In this document: positions 60,510 through 64,000 of the stretch, piece after piece
Numbering within the stretch: position 1 is the first letter of the stretch
Layout of the letters: the number at the start of each line of letters is the position of its first letter
NCBI GenBank assembly: GCA_965263355.1
Contig: CBDHHL010000056.1
Span: 1,376,001 to 1,440,000, forward strand
Direction of reading: 5' to 3'
From: Leptolyngbyaceae cyanobacterium
Lineage (GTDB): Bacteria > Cyanobacteriota > Cyanobacteriia > Phormidesmidales > Phormidesmidaceae
Length of the DNA stretch: 64,000 nucleotides
The notes under the pieces: model-generated
The model's database searches: none
What the model was told of the DNA's origin: nothing
Seen by the model: the letters and a program-made list of their open reading frames with translations, nothing else
Translations under genes and position numbers: made by a program

Positions 60510-61265
60510 ATGGGCAACGAGCACATAATGGAGCTAGAGCTTAAAGTTTGGCGACAGGCAAACCCACAACAGCAAGGGCATCTAGAGACCTATCAACTGT
60601 CTGGGGTATCTCCCGATATGTCTTTTCTAGAAATGCTGGATCTGTTAAATGAGCAGTTAATAAGAGCGGGGCAAACTCCGGTTGAGTTTGATCACGATTG
60701 TCGAGAAGGGATCTGTGGTTCTTGCAACCTAATGGTTAATGGTCAAGCCCACGGTCCTCAACAGGGAACAGCTATCTGTCAGCTGTATATGCGAAAGTTT
60801 CAGGCTGGCGACACAATAGTGATCGAACCGTGGCGGGCTCAAGCGTTCCCGATTGTTAAAGACTTGGTCGTGGACCGCAGTGCGTTTGACCGGATTATGG
60901 CGGCGGGGGGATTCATCTCTGTTAAAACCGGTTCAGCTCCTGAAGCCAATAGTATTGCAGTTGCCCCTGGTCAGGCTCAAACAGCCTTTGACTATGCCAC
61001 TTGCATTGGCTGTGGTGCCTGTGTAGCTGCCTGCCCTAATGCTTCAGCATCGTTGTTTACAGCGGCTAAGATATCTCACCTGGCACTGTTACCCCAGGGT
61101 CATCCTGAACGTCAACAGCGGGTCCTAAATATGACCCATCAAATGACCGCTGAGGGCTTTGGTGATTGTTCTAACCATGGGGAATGTCAGGCGGTATGTC
61201 CCAAAGGAATTTCCATTGATGCGATCGCAACCATGCGACGTGAATACGTCCAGGCCATTTTTTAA
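60510..61265 (+). CDS. sdhB: Succinate dehydrogenase/fumarate reductase iron-sulfur subunit
   Basis: FDHDCREGICGSC, CIGCGACVAACPN, CSNHGECQAVCPK. Confidence 0.95.
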   Translation: MGNEHIMELELKVWRQANPQQQGHLETYQLSGVSPDMSFLEMLDLLNEQLIRAGQTPVEFDHDCREGICGSCNLMVNGQAHGPQQGTAICQLYMRKFQAGDTIVIEPWRAQAFPIVKDLVVDRSAFDRIMAAGGFISVKTGSAPEANSIAVAPGQAQTAFDYATCIGCGACVAACPNASASLFTAAKISHLALLPQGHPERQQRVLNMTHQMTAEGFGDCSNHGECQAVCPKGISIDAIATMRREYVQAIF

Positions 61266-61278
61266 CGCCTATTATCTA

Positions 61279-61320
61279 AATCCTTGTAGGGTCGTTCCAT
61301 GGAACGACCCTACAAGGATT
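61279..61320. repeat. Perfect 42-bp palindrome (GTAG-type REP-like), probable bidirectional terminator
   Basis: AATCCTTGTAGGGTCGTTCCATGGAACGACCCTACAAGGATT between convergent sdhB and peroxiredoxin. Confidence 0.85.
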
Positions 61321-61326
61321 CATTGG

Positions 61327-61884
61327 TTAGGCCTGCAGTTCGTCCAAACGGGCTAAAACCTCCTGGCTATGGATCACCGGACGCACACCGAGAAAACGCT
61401 CACGCATGATCCCATCTGGATCGATCAAATAAGTATGACGCATGGACATCGGCTTCATCCAAGAACCATAGGCACTGCTCACTGCACCATCCGTATCCGC
61501 TAACAATGGAAACCTTAAGCCTTCAGAATCACAAAATTCAGCATGGCTATCCACATCATCAACGCTGACCCCAATCACCTGGGTATTGCGTTGAATAAAC
61601 TCTGGTAAATCCCGCTGAAACCGCTGGGCTTCTAACGTACAACCGGACGTAAAATCCTTAGGATAAAAATAAAGTACAACCCACTGGCCCCGATAATCCG
61701 ACAGGGAGATTTCCCCATCTCCCACATTGGTTGGCAGAGTGAACCCAGGAGCAGGCACTCCCAAAGGCACTTGTTTACCGCCAAGAGCTTGAGCAGGGGA
61801 TGATGGTCCCAGGATCAGCACAGCCAACAACAACAGTGGCACAACCCAACGGTGAATAAAACGACGGACTAACAAACGTGTCAT
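61327..61884 (-). CDS. Peroxiredoxin, BCP/PrxQ family, with N-terminal signal/anchor
   Basis: VVLYFYPKDFTSGCTLEA, GVSVD, LLAD, RHTYLID; ATG 61884 preferred. Confidence 0.92.
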   Translation of the reverse strand: MTRLLVRRFIHRWVVPLLLLAVLILGPSSPAQALGGKQVPLGVPAPGFTLPTNVGDGEISLSDYRGQWVVLYFYPKDFTSGCTLEAQRFQRDLPEFIQRNTQVIGVSVDDVDSHAEFCDSEGLRFPLLADTDGAVSSAYGSWMKPMSMRHTYLIDPDGIMRERFLGVRPVIHSQEVLARLDELQA

Positions 61885-61977
61885 AAGCAAGATCAACGAA
61901 GCAAATACTTTACTTAAATTAACATTTTCAGTCAATCTAGCGGGTTGTCTCGGGGCCTATGCGTAGCGTCAACGCGC

Positions 61978-62021
61978 AAAAAATAAGGGACTAAAGCTGT
62001 AGCTTTAGTCCCTTATTTTTT
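61978..62021 (-). terminator. Terminator of tRNA-fMet
   Basis: 21-bp perfect inverted repeat AAAAAATAAGGGACTAAAGCT/AGCTTTAGTCCCTTATTTTTT directly 3' of the tRNA. Confidence 0.85.
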
Positions 62022-62023
62022 AT

Positions 62024-62100
<77 letters not shown>

Positions 62101-62113
62101 TTAGCGCTTTACA

Positions 62114-62142
62114 AGTATAGCGATGACATGGATAAACCGCAA
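62114..62142 (-). promoter_or_regulatory. Sigma70-type promoter of tRNA-fMet
   Basis: Minus strand TTGCGG-N17-TATACT. Confidence 0.6.
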
Positions 62143-62197
62143 CAGTTTTTTGCCAAAATCCCTAAACTCTGGCAAAAACCTACAGCCACAGGGCTTT

Positions 62198-63151
62198 CTA
62201 GGACAGTGCGAGTTCACCAACCATATCCAGACGCTTGTAATCACTTAGATTCAAGTAGGTTTCGGCCAGGGTATCGGCAATATCAGGAGAAATCCATCCC
62301 AGCTGCCGCAAAACATGTAGGGCTGCTGCATATTTAGCCCGCTTCGACCCATCCACGACTTTTAAGGCTATCCCCAAGCCCTCACCCACTCGACTGAGGC
62401 ACTGAATTCCTTCGGCACCCGACTTACTCAGAATTTCACCCTGGGTAAGCCGTATTAATTCGGTATCAAATCCCTGGGGGCCTGACACCATATCTGGATA
62501 AGTGGTCATGGCCCGAACCACGCGTTCCATTTCAAGATTTTCACCTGAGGCCAGCTTGGCGTAGAGCGTAGCCATTTGCCGCAGTTGCATAAAATAAGTG
62601 GGGGCACCACAGTCATCATGGGCGGCAATAAATTCATCGGATGGCATGCTCAATAACCCCGAAAAGCCATTGAGAATTAGCTTTTGTAACGGGTGATTTC
62701 GCTGCAGATAGGTATTGAGTTCCCATCCCTGTTGCTTACACACCGCCAGCATGCCTGCATGCTTACCCGAACAATTATGTTCCAAAGGACTTTGTTTGCC
62801 ATGGGGTACCGGGCATTGCAAACATGCCGGTTCTAAATCGGCACGCCAGAGGATACCAAATACCTGTCGTGCTTGATTGGTCAATCCCTTGTGGGAACCA
62901 CAAATAATAGCCAGGTCCTTGTCAGTGAGATTAAACGAGTCTAAAGCGCCCGTAGAGGTTACGGCGATGGCTTGAAACGGCTTTAGGGCTGACCGAATAA
63001 AGCTGGCATTGTCAGCATCACCAGCCACCGACAGCAATCGCCCACGATTGTCAGCCACCGCCGCATGGACCTGGTGGACAGACTCAACAATGCCTTCCCT
63101 CAGCAGTTGAACTGCGAGGGGTGCAGTAGAGATACGGCTTGGCCTAGACAT
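62198..63151 (-). CDS. L-asparaginase II family protein
   Basis: RSALKPFQA, CGSH, HNCSGKHAGML, DDCGAPT, SKSGAEG, KVVDG. Confidence 0.88.
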   Translation of the reverse strand: MSRPSRISTAPLAVQLLREGIVESVHQVHAAVADNRGRLLSVAGDADNASFIRSALKPFQAIAVTSTGALDSFNLTDKDLAIICGSHKGLTNQARQVFGILWRADLEPACLQCPVPHGKQSPLEHNCSGKHAGMLAVCKQQGWELNTYLQRNHPLQKLILNGFSGLLSMPSDEFIAAHDDCGAPTYFMQLRQMATLYAKLASGENLEMERVVRAMTTYPDMVSGPQGFDTELIRLTQGEILSKSGAEGIQCLSRVGEGLGIALKVVDGSKRAKYAAALHVLRQLGWISPDIADTLAETYLNLSDYKRLDMVGELALS

Positions 63152-63319
63152 AGATTTTGATTGAAACAGCTAGAAACACGGCCAGATAGACAATACTCCA
63201 GATAGACAATACTGGAAAATCTGAACTAAAAGCCAGAACACATCCACAGGAGAGCTATTAATAATGGCTCCTTTAAATAGTCCATTATTAGAAAAAACTG
63301 GCAATTGCCATTACAGTCA

Positions 63320-63817
63320 TTAAAACAATGACCAACTGAGGAGACCGGCTGCTAGGCAACCGACCATGATACCGAAGGTTTTTCTCAAACGAGTCAGAAT
63401 TGGTTTGACTTGATAGTCCACAATTAGACAGTCGCGTCTAAGAATGTCATCAGGTTTGGTCCATATTTGACCGTCATACCAACCGGATTCTTCATAGGGC
63501 AAGTCTTTTATCCGTAATCGATGCCCCACATGGGACCAACCTACGTACAGTTGCAATAGGGTAAGCGTTGGTATGACCAATGCCCCTAAGGCACCACTGA
63601 TTAAAAACTTATGCAAAAATTTAGTAGGTGCAAAACTAACGGCGGAAATCGGTCCAGAGACCAGCCAACTCAAACACCAAATCACCACAACAGGCGTAAC
63701 ATAACCGCGCATATCACGAGCGCCCCAACTATAAAACCAGGACTCTCGCATCTCTTCGTATTCTCGAATAGGTAGTTGCTCAGCAGGAACAGGACACCTC
63801 GGTGCAGAGCGTTTCAT
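63320..63817 (-). CDS. CGLD27 (Ycf36/DUF1230) family protein
   Basis: CPVPAEQLPIREY, LYVGW, YEESGWYDGQIWTKP. Confidence 0.9.
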   Translation of the reverse strand: MKRSAPRCPVPAEQLPIREYEEMRESWFYSWGARDMRGYVTPVVVIWCLSWLVSGPISAVSFAPTKFLHKFLISGALGALVIPTLTLLQLYVGWSHVGHRLRIKDLPYEESGWYDGQIWTKPDDILRRDCLIVDYQVKPILTRLRKTFGIMVGCLAAGLLSWSLF

Positions 63818-63870
63818 AGTTAACGGTCACAAACACAAAACTTCATCATAGAATAAGCAACCCTCTAGGA

Positions 63871-64000
63871 CTATTGCCCCGTGATGGGTGGTCTAGGGAT
63901 AAACTCAATCCGCTGGACATGGCCCCAAAAGGCCTCAAGGTCGTAGTATTCTCGTTCTCTGGGCTGAAAAATATGGGCAATTACCTCACCGTAGTCATAG
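63871..64000 (-). CDS. rsfS: Ribosome silencing factor (3' part only, runs off the window)
   Basis: Not in the ORF track; translates ...[33 protein letters not shown]...*. Confidence 0.88.
   Translation of the reverse strand, partial: YDYGEVIAHIFQPREREYYDLEAFWGHVQRIEFIPRPPITGQ

Larger units (their letters stand above)
7857..61228. repeat. HIP1 octamer GCGATCGC, dispersed (about 20 copies seen)
   Basis: Examples at 7857, 9252, 18273, 22523, 28563, 31883, 36522, 44932, 55603, 61221; manual scan, not exhaustive. Confidence 0.85.

Noticed and set aside
63182..63213. 16-bp tandem duplication CCAGATAGACAATACT x2
   Set aside because: Real, but a simple slippage duplication with no further structure

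Overview
Core-genome-rich window from a cyanobacterium. Evidence: about 20 HIP1 GCGATCGC octamers seen by eye, plus apcG, atpT, pedR, CGLD27 and PEP-CTERM genes. A filamentous Leptolyngbya-like host is plausible but is inference only. Housekeeping content: serS-rseP-nth-rpsN, nfu, nurA-HAD, mnmG, cobA/hemD-coaE, clpC-rimI/lysA-cdaA, pedR-hisS, sdhC-sdhA with a distant sdhB, PrxQ, tRNA-fMet, asparaginase, CGLD27 and a partial rsfS. Accessory content: a REC-PAS-PAS-GGDEF-EAL protein, a FIST (NosP-like)-histidine kinase pair, a stand-alone proline-specific A-T-R NRPS-like enzyme, a family-1 ung, an XRE/TPR-CHAT module with a three-operator divergent switch, and arsM. Reading the DNA directly added items missing from the ORF track: the 47-aa ATP synthase inhibitor gene atpT, a DUF4058 remnant and two MITE-like families. 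One family is ~73 bp with 4 copies, two of which bracket cdaA in inverted orientation. The other is ~139 bp with an 8-bp target duplication, and its second copy carries an 8x16-bp internal amplification. No CRISPR array, rRNA, transposase or integrase is visible. Family assignments are from recalled motifs, not database searches.
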